Shown here: positions 10,660 to 20,576 of the stretch, one piece after another | Layout of the letters: each line of letters starts with the position of its first letter | How positions within the stretch are numbered: position 1 is the stretch's first letter | Origin: Lingula anatina | Taxonomy: Eukaryota; Animalia; Brachiopoda | Direction of reading: 5' to 3' | Assembly: GCA_051362555.1 (NCBI GenBank) | Contig: JBPQGU010000011.1 | Location: forward strand, 1 to 31,104 | DNA length: 31,104 nt | Made by a program: the position numbers and the translations under genes | The notes under the pieces: generated by a model | Seen by the model: only the letters and a program-made list of their open reading frames with translations | Databases searched by the model: none | What the model was told of the DNA's origin: nothing

Positions 10660-13503
10660 ATTGTGTGATTGATTATCTACTGTGTAATAGTTCTATATTG
10701 TGTAACCTGGAATATTTCAGGGTACACTCTCTAACTCCACTGTCCATCCACTGCATGATTTCCTGCTCACTAAAAACTGGTATGTGCCACTACCCCGACC
10801 ACAGTCTGCCACAAGACCAAACACATGACCTCCCCAGCAACTATCAATGGTCAAATATCATAAAACAAATTTGGTCAGCCTCACTAGAAACTCCAGATAG
10901 CCAGACAGAAATAAATAAATTCATATCTTCATATTCACTTAATAAGGACATGGACATTGACCAACTCACCAACAACTTCTATACACTCCTTACTAATCTG
11001 GCCTCTAAAGCAGGTTTCACTAAAAAGAACAATAATAAGAAAGCTAAAAAACGTAAAATGAATAAAAAATGGTTTGACACCAACTGCAAGGAAGTATCCA
11101 AATCACTCAAATCTCTAAGTAGACAAATTCGAAAAAATCCCCAAAATCAACAACTCATACAAGAATACAATAGGCAAAAAAAACAATACTCAAAACTACT
11201 AAATAAAAAAAGAAACGACTTTCGTAACCACATTTTCCACAAAATTGAAACCCTCGAGAATTCTGACCCCAAAACATTTTGGAACCTCTATGACCAGCTA
11301 TGTGAGAATGAAAAAAAAAAGTAACTGTAACCCTATACCACCCCACTTATGGTGGGAACATTTTAATAATCTCATGAATAGAAGTCTACAACATGAGGAC
11401 CCCAAATTTGAATCCCTAATTAATGAATTCTTTAATGGTATTAAAAACGGTACTTTCAATGAACTTGACTACCTACTTACTGTAAATGAAATAAAAAAGG
11501 CTTCTACAAAACTTAAGAATAATAAATCCTCTGGCTCAGATGGCATACCTAATGAAATGATCAAAGAGGGTATTCACAGACTGGCAGCCCCCCTGTGTAT
11601 TCTCTTCAACCACATTCTCACAAATGGAACATTCCCTACACTTTGGAGAACAAGCTTTCTAACAGTTATACACAAAAAGGGTGACAAAACAGATCCAAAT
11701 AACTATAGAGGAATTGCTGTCACTAGCAATATCTGTAAACTATTCTGTCTAATCCTGAACAACAGACTCACAACATATGTAGAAAAACACAATATCATAC
11801 CCCCAAATCAAATTGGTTTTAAAAAAGGAAGCCGCACCAGTGACCATATTTTAGTATTAAAAACCCTCATAGACAAATATGTTAAAAGGGCCTCTAAATC
11901 CAACCTCTTTGTTTGCTTTGTTGACTTTTCCTCTGCTTTCGATACCGTGTGGCGAAACGCCCTGTTCTACAAACTGACAAGGGCAGGCATCAATGGGAAC
12001 TTTCTAAGAACCCTTCGTAATATGTACTCATCTGTGCGTTTTGCCGTCAAATGCAGAAATAGCATAACAAATAGTCTCTCGTCCTCTGTTGGTGTTAAGC
12101 AAGGCTGTAATCTCAGTCCACTCCTCTTTAATCTCTTCATAAGTGACCTGCCCTCAATTTTTAACGACAGATGTGACCCAGTGTCTCTGAATAATCAAAA
12201 ATTAAATTGCCTATTATATGCAGACGATCTAGTAATTATGTCGGAAAGCAGTGCAGGTTTACAAACCGCAATAAATCAACTTCAGGCCTACTGCAAAAAA
12301 TGGAAGCTACTAGTGAACATCACTAAAACAAAAGTCATGATATTCAATAAATCTGGCCACAAAATCCAGAAACAAATTTTCAAGTTTGGCGATATACCTC
12401 TAGAAATCTGTAGTGAATACTGCTATTTAGGACTTGTCTTTACTCCATCCGGAAGTTTCACCAAATCCCTTGAAATACTCAAATCAAAAGGGGGGAAAGC
12501 ATTTTTCAAAATCCGCAATAAATTATTCACCAGCCCAGTGCCCATTTCCATGAAACTTTTTGACTCACTCATAGCTCCCATTCTTACCTATGGCTCTGAA
12601 GTTTGGGCACCATACTTTGTCAAAAACTCAAGTAAAGACAGCTACTTCCTAATTTGTGACAAACTTTCCATTGAAACCTTACATCTCAAGGCCTGCAAAA
12701 CTATCCTAGGTGTTAACCGAAAATCTCCCTCACATGCTGTCCGCGGAGAACTGGGCAGCTTCCCAATACTGACCACTGCCCACACACTGGCCCTCAAATA
12801 CTGGCACAGCCTCCAATATAAAAAGCACCATGACACCACCTCCTTAGTTACTCATGCACTTCATGAAAATGAAAATTTAAACAGACTTAAAACCTCAACC
12901 TGGTCAACCGGCATTAAAAATACACTGGCGCTCATTGGACGCCCTGACATTTGGGAGGACCCTTTTAAAATATCCATGACCGCACTCTCTTCCATAATAA
13001 AACCGCTTATCCAAATCTCTTATAGTTCGGCCTTTAAATCTCACCTAGCATCCCTGAACACGGAGGGCAAAAAATTACGTACCTACAGTACCTTCAAAAA
13101 AGATTTTAAAAGAGAAATATATACACAGTTAATCCACAAACCCAAATCTACACTCCTTTGCAAATTCAGGATAAGTGCCCACAATTTGGCAATTGAAAAG
13201 GGGAGACACATGAATCCTAAAATACCCATTGAGAAAAGGCTATGCACGGTGTGCAACATGGGGTCAGTTGAAGATGAGTTCCATTTTATGATGATATGCC
13301 CCTCTTATGCTCCACTAAGAGCCATATTCCTTAACCAGGTTAAAGATATACTGGGCAGTGCAGCCCCTGAGTCCATCAGTGACCTTTTTATTACTGTACT
13401 GCAATGTAATGATTTTGATATTGCAAAATGCACAACTAATTTTCTTTATGATTGTTTTAAAGCTAGGGATATGAAAATTGCATCCATGCTGAATAAAACC
13501 TAG
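10660..13503 (+). pseudogene. LINE ORF2 (partial endonuclease + reverse transcriptase + C-terminal Cys/His motif), frameshifted at A10 run 11311-11320
   Basis: ORFs 10575-11324 and 11245-13503 join (ENEKKSNCNP) if the A10 run is A9. RT motifs: NYRGIAV, FVDFSSAFD, GVKQGCNLSP, YADD, YLG. Confidence 0.9.
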
Positions 13504-13587
13504 ATTAACTGATGATGCAGTTTTCATATCCCCCTAAATAATAGTTAGTTTTATATAAGGTTTAGTGTAGCCTATTCTAGTTGAATC

Positions 13588-13589
<2 letters not shown>

Positions 13590-13639
<50 letters not shown>
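13590..13639. repeat. Poly-T tract (50 nt) in LINE 3' UTR
   Basis: Direct count. Confidence 0.9.
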
Positions 13640-13643
<4 letters not shown>

Positions 13644-13930
13644 ATCCCTATATTGATCTTTATTGAGTAGTACATGTACTTTCCCTGCTTTAGTCTAGAC
13701 ATTATATAATGTATATCAAACTGTATATGGTAATCACTCTGCGGATTACTTCTTGTATTTGTATTTGATCATGCCCGGATGTAGGGCGATAGTCAATAAA
13801 CTTCTGACCTATAAGTAGCGCGTTTCCACCCCCTGATAGGGCCTACCTGCTGCTGCCATCTTGACTCTGTTTGGGCCGTGACGCTTCACAGAGTCCAACG
13901 TTTATATTTCCGCTCTAATAATCACTAATA

Positions 13931-13991
13931 AACTCTGTTCCGACGATTGAACTGGTCCTTCGCATGTACCACAAACATCATCTTCTTTACG
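13931..13991 (+). repeat. 61-bp copy of glycosyltransferase CDS segment 17175-17235
   Basis: 58/61 identical by manual alignment (aactctgttccgacg...tctttacg). Confidence 0.9.
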
Positions 13992-14278
13992 TCCAAAACC
14001 GGTTCGCTCGGGCAGAACCTAAAAGACGGAACACCGGAACAACGGAACAGCGGAACAGACTAAAATGCGGAATACAGTAAAAAGCGGAACGTGTATCAAA
14101 TACATTGTGGAACGAGGAAATATTATTTATTTAGTGGTAAAAGAAAAACAAGACGAATATGAATACATTGAGTTATTATTATTGTTGTTGTTGTCTTCTT
14201 TTCCTGCATATAATTAAAGAAAATTTGAACGCCAATATATTATTTCTTGTTTCAATGCGTTATATTGAGTTATTATTA

Positions 14279-15124
14279 TTATTGTTGTTGTCTTTTTCTG
14301 CATTCTGTGCAATACATTCGTTCTTCATTCAATGCGTCCTCGTCACTGCGTCCTATACACTGAGGATGATATTCCTCATTGCACCCGTCACAGATGACAT
14401 AGAGGGTATGTGTATCTGGTAATTTACAATTACAATATAAATTTACCGCGACCGAATTTTTGATAGGATTTTTAATTTTACGTCTGCTTGTTATCGGAAA
14501 AAGAGAAAGATGTCGTCTTTCTAAACAAAAAAATAAATGTGAACGCAGTTTTTTACTGTCATACTTCATGTTTGTGGGATCTTTACCATGCGCCAAGGCA
14601 ACCATATTTGCTATTGCGTACAGACCGCAATCATAGTTGTTGTTTTGTTGCGTTACGTCCAAAACGTTAATTTGTAGAGTTCTTGCAGACGATGGTGCTA
14701 TTAATGACGCAATGCACATTTGTTCCACAGTTGGAATGTCACTGAAAGAGGAATCGCATATATTAACTGTATCTGGGGCACACCCAATGTTTGATACTGT
14801 GAGCCAGTGTGTACCGCGGTCTGGTGTTCGGTTTATAATTTGGATGAATTGATTTTTGTGACGCTTGAAATCTAGCTGTACTGCCAGAGCACATGACTCG
14901 AGTCCTTCTAGAAGCGGGAATTGATATTTAATTATATCATGACAAGCGTCGATGATGGTTCCATTTAGCCAACCGCAAGGGTCAGTGATTATGTCGCGGT
15001 CTCTGACGTTCAAATTTTCTTTAATAATATTCCTGTCAGCCGGGATCCACACTTCTCTGCTGTAGCTGATGTCCCTTTGAAAACTTTCATCGATGTGTTC
15101 CGCGTCCAGAGTTAAGTGTTCCAT
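14279..15124 (-). CDS. Ulp1/SENP-like (C48) cysteine protease + C-terminal PHD finger (3' part of transposon ORF)
   Basis: WLNGTIID, GTHWLTV (His), ICDS (Asp), QQNNNYDCGLYAIA (oxyanion Gln + Cys); PHD YCNC...ICDGCNEEYHPQC...YCTEC. The catalytic triad is intact. Confidence 0.85.
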   Translation of the reverse strand: MEHLTLDAEHIDESFQRDISYSREVWIPADRNIIKENLNVRDRDIITDPCGWLNGTIIDACHDIIKYQFPLLEGLESCALAVQLDFKRHKNQFIQIINRTPDRGTHWLTVSNIGCAPDTVNICDSSFSDIPTVEQMCIASLIAPSSARTLQINVLDVTQQNNNYDCGLYAIANMVALAHGKDPTNMKYDSKKLRSHLFFCLERRHLSLFPITSRRKIKNPIKNSVAVNLYCNCKLPDTHTLYVICDGCNEEYHPQCIGRSDEDALNEERMYCTECRKRQQQ

Positions 15125-15892
15125 TCCGTGGTCGATGTCTGTGTGAGTTAAGTGTTCCGTTCCGTGGTCCAGAGTTAATTAAGTGTTCCGTTCCGTGGTC
15201 ATTGTTCCGTTGTTCCGTGTCCCGAGTTAAGTGTTCCGTTCCGTGGTCGATGTCTATGTGTTCCGTTCCATGGTCATTGTTCCGTTGTTCCGTGTCCCGA
15301 GTTAAGTATTCCGCTCCGTAGCCGTTGTCTCTGTGTTCCGCGTCCAGAGTTAAGTGTTCCGTTCCGTGGGCGATGTCTATGTGTTCCGTTCCGTGGTAGT
15401 TGTTCTGTTGTTCCGCGTCTAGAGCTAAGTGTTCCGTTCCGGTGTCACATACATCACCCACCCGAGGTTTTTTCCTTCCAGGCTTTGCTCTTTTCGGCCC
15501 TCTTGCGTTTTTCCTGACAGTTGATAAGTTTTTGAGGCCTGATTTCTCTAATGGCAAATTGATGCTCATGGGCACTGCCATAAGGTGCACGCACCCATCT
15601 TTCAGTGGACAACTGCATGACGGTGGCTTTTCCATCTGCACCCTTTGCATAAAAGTATGATTTTTTGTATAATGGTTGTTTCCTAGGTAATTTTTTAGAA
15701 CTGCCGTTTGTCCACCTATGGCCGTCTGCCCTCCAGTCTTCTTTTTCCGCCTCCGAATTGGCTTTGAAAACAAATGTTTGTCCTCCTTTTGGTCGAAACG
15801 GAATGACGTCCACTTTCTCAGTGTGATTAAATAGTCGACACACTTTATCTGTTGTTAGCGGGGCGTTTTTTTTCAGATATTGTATCAACCAT
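15087..15892 (-). pseudogene. 5' part of transposon ORF: CG-1-like DNA-binding domain joined out of frame to SWIM zinc-finger remnant, basic NLS-like segment and repeats
   Basis: Probable ATG at 15892, with a frameshift in the T8 run at 15866-15873. RPKGGQTFVF...DWRADGHRW resembles CG-1 RPxSGSLFLF...FRKDGHNW. The frame switches at ~15625 to CSCPLKDGCVHLMAV (SWIM CxCxnCxH), then KRAKPGRKKPR. Confidence 0.65.
15095..15440 (-). repeat. Coding minisatellite of mixed 48-nt and 27-nt units (GTEHLTRDTEQRNNDH / GTEHIDIDH)
   Basis: Repeated gtgttccgttccgtgg core on + strand; repeating peptide in ORF 15087-15773. Confidence 0.9.
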
Positions 15893-16547
15893 TCTCTGCG
15901 CCATCGCGCATCTCTAAGCGTTGCCGCTGCTAGTGCTATTGTAGCATTATGGTGATAGCGATTATGACGTAGACTCCACAGTTTGCAAATAGGAAAACAA
16001 ACAACAAATATCTCTAATTTTTATTGAAAAGAGAAAAGAAACATAAAAGGCCGTAGTGAGTATTGGTGGGGTGAGATAGAAAACACATCATCCTTTCCTA
16101 ATTCGCTGTAATTTAGCCATTTTATACACTCTCAAACGTCTATGACTTATACAATGGTAGGATTTAATTTGCTACGATAAAAGATTAATCACCATTGAAA
16201 TAAAAACTAATGTAATTTCAGGAATTTATTGATATAAAACAATGAGATGACGCATATTTATAATTTTGATATTTTTATTTTGTAAAAATATTTTCTTGTT
16301 TACTTGTAATTGTAAATTTATTAATAGTCTAAGTTATCTGTGACGTCACAATTTTCTTTGGTTGTTATTGGAGCGTTTGTTTTCTAAGGCCGTTCCGCAC
16401 TGTTGGTTCCGCAAGCCAGCAGTCACAACAATTAAACGTTCCGTCTTTTATGCTGTTCCGTTCCTGCGTCGTGTGTTCCACAGTAACAATGTTCCGCATT
16501 ATAGTCTGTTCCGCTGTTCCGTTGTTCCGCTGTTCCGTGTTTTAGGC

Positions 16548-16581
16548 TTACTGTCTGATATTTTTTAACCCAGTGTTGTTG
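16548..16581 (+). repeat. 34-bp exact direct repeat, second copy at 18435-18468
   Basis: ttactgtctgatattttttaacccagtgttgttg occurs at both positions, bracketing the glycosyltransferase gene. Confidence 0.9.
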
Positions 16582-16752
16582 TTGTTGCGGTCGTCACCTT
16601 GACGCTCACCTTGACTTGTCAGTAAACGAGTGTCGTAAGATAACCAAATGATTATTTTATTATTACGTTTTGAATGCTGCTATCGAATTTGGTGTTTTTA
16701 AAATGTGCTTTGGCATAATAGAATGACAGTTATTTTATTATAGTTTTTTCAG

Positions 16753-16816
16753 GTTGATGCACCCGGTTTATTAATAATAGGACGATTTTACGACACCCGT
16801 TCACCGACCAGTCAAG
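16753..16816 (+). other. Candidate non-coding 5' UTR exon of the glycosyltransferase gene
   Basis: Acceptor ttttttcag|, donor AAG|gtaacc, then a 79-nt intron ending tttgcag| at 16895, upstream of ATG 16980. Confidence 0.5.
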
Positions 16817-16979
16817 GTAACCCCCGAAGTGTGTAAGCCGTGTCAACATTCTCTTTGGAAAGGTGGACATCTAGCGATCTGTTTATAATTTGCAGTGACT
16901 TTTCGACTGGTGTACTCAGGTATTGCTACAAAAAACGCTCTGCTGGTTTTGAAATGAAACCACATGTTGGCCTACAGTC

Positions 16980-18320
16980 ATGAGAAGTACGCTACTAATA
17001 AGATTATGGATCGGTGTGGCGATAGGGGGCATTATGGTATTGTTAATAACAATGCATAAGAAAACAACGTCCCAGCTCCTAAGTCTCCCCGGAGGACCAA
17101 GCCACGTCGTGGATGAAGGGGCGCCGGCAGGTACTAGTGCTAGCGGGTCTAACTCCAATATCCCAGGTGTCTGGAACTCTGTTCCGACGCTTGAACTGTT
17201 CCTTCGCATGTACCACAAACATCATCATCTTTACGAGAAGATCTTCAAACCCAGCTTGATGCTTTTCTGGCCGCGTCATATTCGTGTGATGGTTATCTTA
17301 GACAATGAATCGAAAGAGGACCATGCGTTGGAAGCAACGATAAGAGACAGCCCGCCTTTTCCGAAGGTTTTCTTTGAAGACCCCTACCCAGAAATATACA
17401 ACCATCGAGGGCCAAGCCGTATGCAGCGGTCGATGTTTTATCCCGAAAATTACACCAAGGCCGAGTACGTTGGCTACGTGGATACAGACACTCTGTTCGT
17501 TACGGTTGTTACGCCGGAAGACCTTTTCAGAGACGGCAAACCTATCGTGGTCGGCGTCGTTGGCCAGTTTCTGACGAAAGAATGGGGAATGACAACAATG
17601 AAGCATTACAATTTATTCGGGACTGGAGAAGTCATGAAATGCATGTCATACTTTCCTGTCATCATAAAAGTAAAACATGTTGTTGAATGTCGCCATTACT
17701 TGGAGCGGTTACATAAGAAATCTTTCGATGCAATCATTAAAGAAATATCAGTCGACAATCTCTTTTCTCAATTCAGCATAATGTGTCAATGTATATACAC
17801 TCTCCATCGCAAGGAATACATCTTTCGCATCCAAATGCGCCCAAACGGAGACTTCAAAACCGAACTCCCCGGGAGAGCACCTCTCAAAACTTACAAAGAA
17901 AATTTTACGACGGAGGAACTATCCCCCATCGCTAGAACTTCAATGCATTGGAAATATCAGACAGTACCCAAACAGGAACTGTTGAAAACACCGTACGACA
18001 GGGAAACTTACTACCCTCAAGCTCTTCTGATGGGGATTTGCTATTCCGGTGGCTTCGAAATGTGCCCGAATCACTGTAGATTTTTCAGTAGGAGCGTCAT
18101 TCAAAGAGACCTGTTTAATTTTGAGTTCACCGACTGGACCTGGCACCCGGGCTGTATGAAGGCTCAAGAAAGACACTACCAGGATGTGAACCGATTGTTG
18201 TCGTATTACAAATCGCATGGATTCCCCATATTTGGCGAGAAAAATACCACCGTGGCATGTGATCGAATTTATAAAATGCTTCAGGTCGATAAAAAGTATT
18301 CACTGATTACACCAACGTAG
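16980..18320 (+). CDS. Uncharacterised type II membrane protein, putative GT-A-fold (DxD) Golgi glycosyltransferase, 446 aa, intronless CDS
   Basis: Long intact ORF with an N-terminal signal-anchor (LLIRLWIGVAIGGIMVLLIT), a Ser/Gly/Pro-rich stem, strand VMVILD, YVGYVDTDTLF (hydrophobic strand + DxD) and C-terminal Cys residues. Not assigned to a CAZy family. Confidence 0.8.
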   Translation: MRSTLLIRLWIGVAIGGIMVLLITMHKKTTSQLLSLPGGPSHVVDEGAPAGTSASGSNSNIPGVWNSVPTLELFLRMYHKHHHLYEKIFKPSLMLFWPRHIRVMVILDNESKEDHALEATIRDSPPFPKVFFEDPYPEIYNHRGPSRMQRSMFYPENYTKAEYVGYVDTDTLFVTVVTPEDLFRDGKPIVVGVVGQFLTKEWGMTTMKHYNLFGTGEVMKCMSYFPVIIKVKHVVECRHYLERLHKKSFDAIIKEISVDNLFSQFSIMCQCIYTLHRKEYIFRIQMRPNGDFKTELPGRAPLKTYKENFTTEELSPIARTSMHWKYQTVPKQELLKTPYDRETYYPQALLMGICYSGGFEMCPNHCRFFSRSVIQRDLFNFEFTDWTWHPGCMKAQERHYQDVNRLLSYYKSHGFPIFGEKNTTVACDRIYKMLQVDKKYSLITPT

Positions 18321-20357
18321 GCATGGCTTTTCAAAGTTTTAATATTAGTATGGGTATCTCTGATATGATGATGAAAGTACAACAAGACGTATTTTTTTAA
18401 ACAATTTTTTAAAGACGCATATCTTTTATATTTTTTACTGTCTGATATTTTTTAACCCAGTGTTGTTGCTGTATGAGATTATTTCTTTCTTTGTATTTTC
18501 AATATAATTTTTGGTAGTGTTCATATTAATTTAATTTACTTACTGTAAGACGCGTTGAGATTTGTGGAAAATTTTTGTGGAAAAATTTATATTACTACTG
18601 TCATGTTGAGTACTGCATTGGGTTAGATGGTAAAGTCTATACAGCTTTCCATACAACTTTATTTTTTATCTACTTTATTTATTGATCTGTTTGCTAGCTT
18701 TATGTACTTGATTTAATTTTTTTGCCTTCTGTAGTTACATAGTATGGAAGCAATGTTTTCGTCTGTCATTTGTTTGTTTAAAAACTTCGTTCACTGCTTG
18801 TATTGAGGGCCATGTGCAACATGTTTCACGTTCTTTAAATATAGTTTTTATTATTATAATTATTACTTTCGGGATATACACGATAGTGTGAATACATTTT
18901 TAGTGTTAACAGCTGCTGACTTTATCCCCCCCCCCCTCCCACCCTTAGCTGAACTGACAGCATTATAGAAAGCTAAAGGTAGGATACCATCTTTTTAGAA
19001 ATGAATATGTATCTTGGACAGTTCGTATCAGACCGGTGTAGGGTAACTTGTGATTATTTAAAGATTATCTTGTGCTACGGCACTTAAACATAATAATAAC
19101 ACATTGTTTAGTAGTAAAGCATAAGTTGAACTGTTTATTTCCTGAAACGAGTCATTTTTCCCACAAAATTATATCGAGTCATTTTGCCCCTTTGCGACCG
19201 CGCCATACTTACGGAGGATGTTTTACATAGAGAAGCCCATTGAATTAAGACATCCAAAAGTTGAATGGGGTATATATATATATATTGATGCTTACTTAGG
19301 TATGTGATCTTATAGTGGTCACTTCTATCGCTTCTGATAGCTTGGGTATTTTCACCTCACAGAAAACTACAAAAATATAACTGAAATAAAATATGTATAT
19401 TGTACAAGTAGGAACAAGCTGGAAGTAAGTTAGTCTGAAAACAGTGGGATATATCAATGAACTTTATAATTATAACTTAATTGACCAATGGCGCGTGAGT
19501 GACTTGGGTTCTTAGGGTCGATGCCCACCCAAGTTCTCTGAGTATATACTAATGCCAAGTAGTTCTATGTATGTGTGTGAGTGAAACTGGGCGGTAAAAT
19601 TTTAATTTAAAATTTAAAAAGTAAAATTCCTACTGTTTGTGCCTTGATCATAGCGTGGCTATCACTAAATTTAGTTATATTATAACTTATAAGATGCGTA
19701 TACTGAGACGCCATTTCGTCAACGAAGGGCTCCGACGTGATTCCAAATCCCGAGTGAAGTCTTTCACTTCACGTGCACAGAAAAGCATAACAAACAACCT
19801 CACATCTTCAGTTAAAAACGAAATTTTACTTTATACTGTACACTATTCACATTTTATTCTATTTATGTAAATGGGATCAATATGTGTGCAACAGTAACTC
19901 CAAGTAATTTACATGCATCGAAAGGTTCACTATATAATCGGGGCTTAAGTAAGATCAGCTGTGCTACATTTAACATTTTATGGGCACATTTGGGATGAAG
20001 ATAGCCAAGGCATGTCACTTGATTCACGTATTTTGATCTATTTTAAGCATACTCTGTGTGAAAGAACCAAAAGGGTTATCAGTTAACTCGGCTTACTTTC
20101 ATCTTGAGAGTTCAATCCCTTTGATACAGTAATAATAAAATTGTACAACTACTACGATCAAAATTGTCGATGTTGATTGCTGTCTGTCATGTTGGATATC
20201 CCGCGTTTTTCGGGAAGTCAACAGTCAACATGGCCCGCAACATGTCATGGTGAGGTAGATATATATATATATACTGCGGTGTCCTGGTGCCTGGAAGTTA
20301 AACTGGAGACATGCCCCCTCGCCCTCTAAAAAATTTTGAAATGTATTCCGTTTTTAA

Positions 20358-20576
20358 AGCCCCTTTCACACTAGACGGCGTCCTTTCTGCGTCCTTTGTG
20401 GACTATGTAACTGGCATCGATATGGTCGTAGAGAAGAGGCATAAGCATCGCTTTGGCTGCAGATTGAATCCTCAGTGATCGATCAGTTGTCGGCACAGAA
20501 GTAATGGTTTTATTTGCTCTCAAACGGGGCCGTTCTAACGGAAGCAGAAAGGACGCCGTCCAGTGTAAAGGGGGCT
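20358..20576. mobile_element. MITE, PIF/Harbinger-like, 37-bp TIRs
   Basis: Left agcccctttcacactagacggcgtcctttctgcgtcc versus right reverse complement agccccctttacactggacggcgtcctttctgcttcc (4 mismatches). Left flank TAA, right flank GTA (imperfect TSD). Confidence 0.75.

Larger units (their letters stand above)
10660..13800 (+). mobile_element. 5'-truncated non-LTR retrotransposon, RTE-X-like
   Basis: Begins in the C-terminal APE motifs (VIDY...LS[I]H). RT ORF followed by RISAHNLAIEKGRH...CTVC...EDEFHF...C. The 3' UTR has a T50 run, a gccc...gggc hairpin and AATAAA at 13795-13800. 5' boundary approximate; no TSD seen. Clade assignment is by motif memory. Confidence 0.85.
14018..16546 (-). 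mobile_element. Non-autonomous TIR DNA transposon, MULE-like, internally deleted (CG-1-like + SWIM + Ulp1 + PHD)
   Basis: ~55-bp TIRs: left cctaaaagacggaacaccggaacaacggaacagcggaacagactaaaatgcggaa versus right reverse complement cctaaaacacggaacagcggaacaacggaacagcggaacagactataatgcggaa. Three overlapping minus-strand ORF pieces lie inside. No TSD. Superfamily is inferred from domain content. Confidence 0.8.

Noticed and set aside
15095-15440. Repeat array with variable intervening sequence, superficially CRISPR-like
   Set aside because: The spacers are themselves repeated, units are multiples of 3 within an ORF, there are no cas genes, and the context is eukaryotic.
16916-18218. Minus-strand ORFs overlapping the GT gene
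   Set aside because: Antisense shadows with no recognisable motifs.
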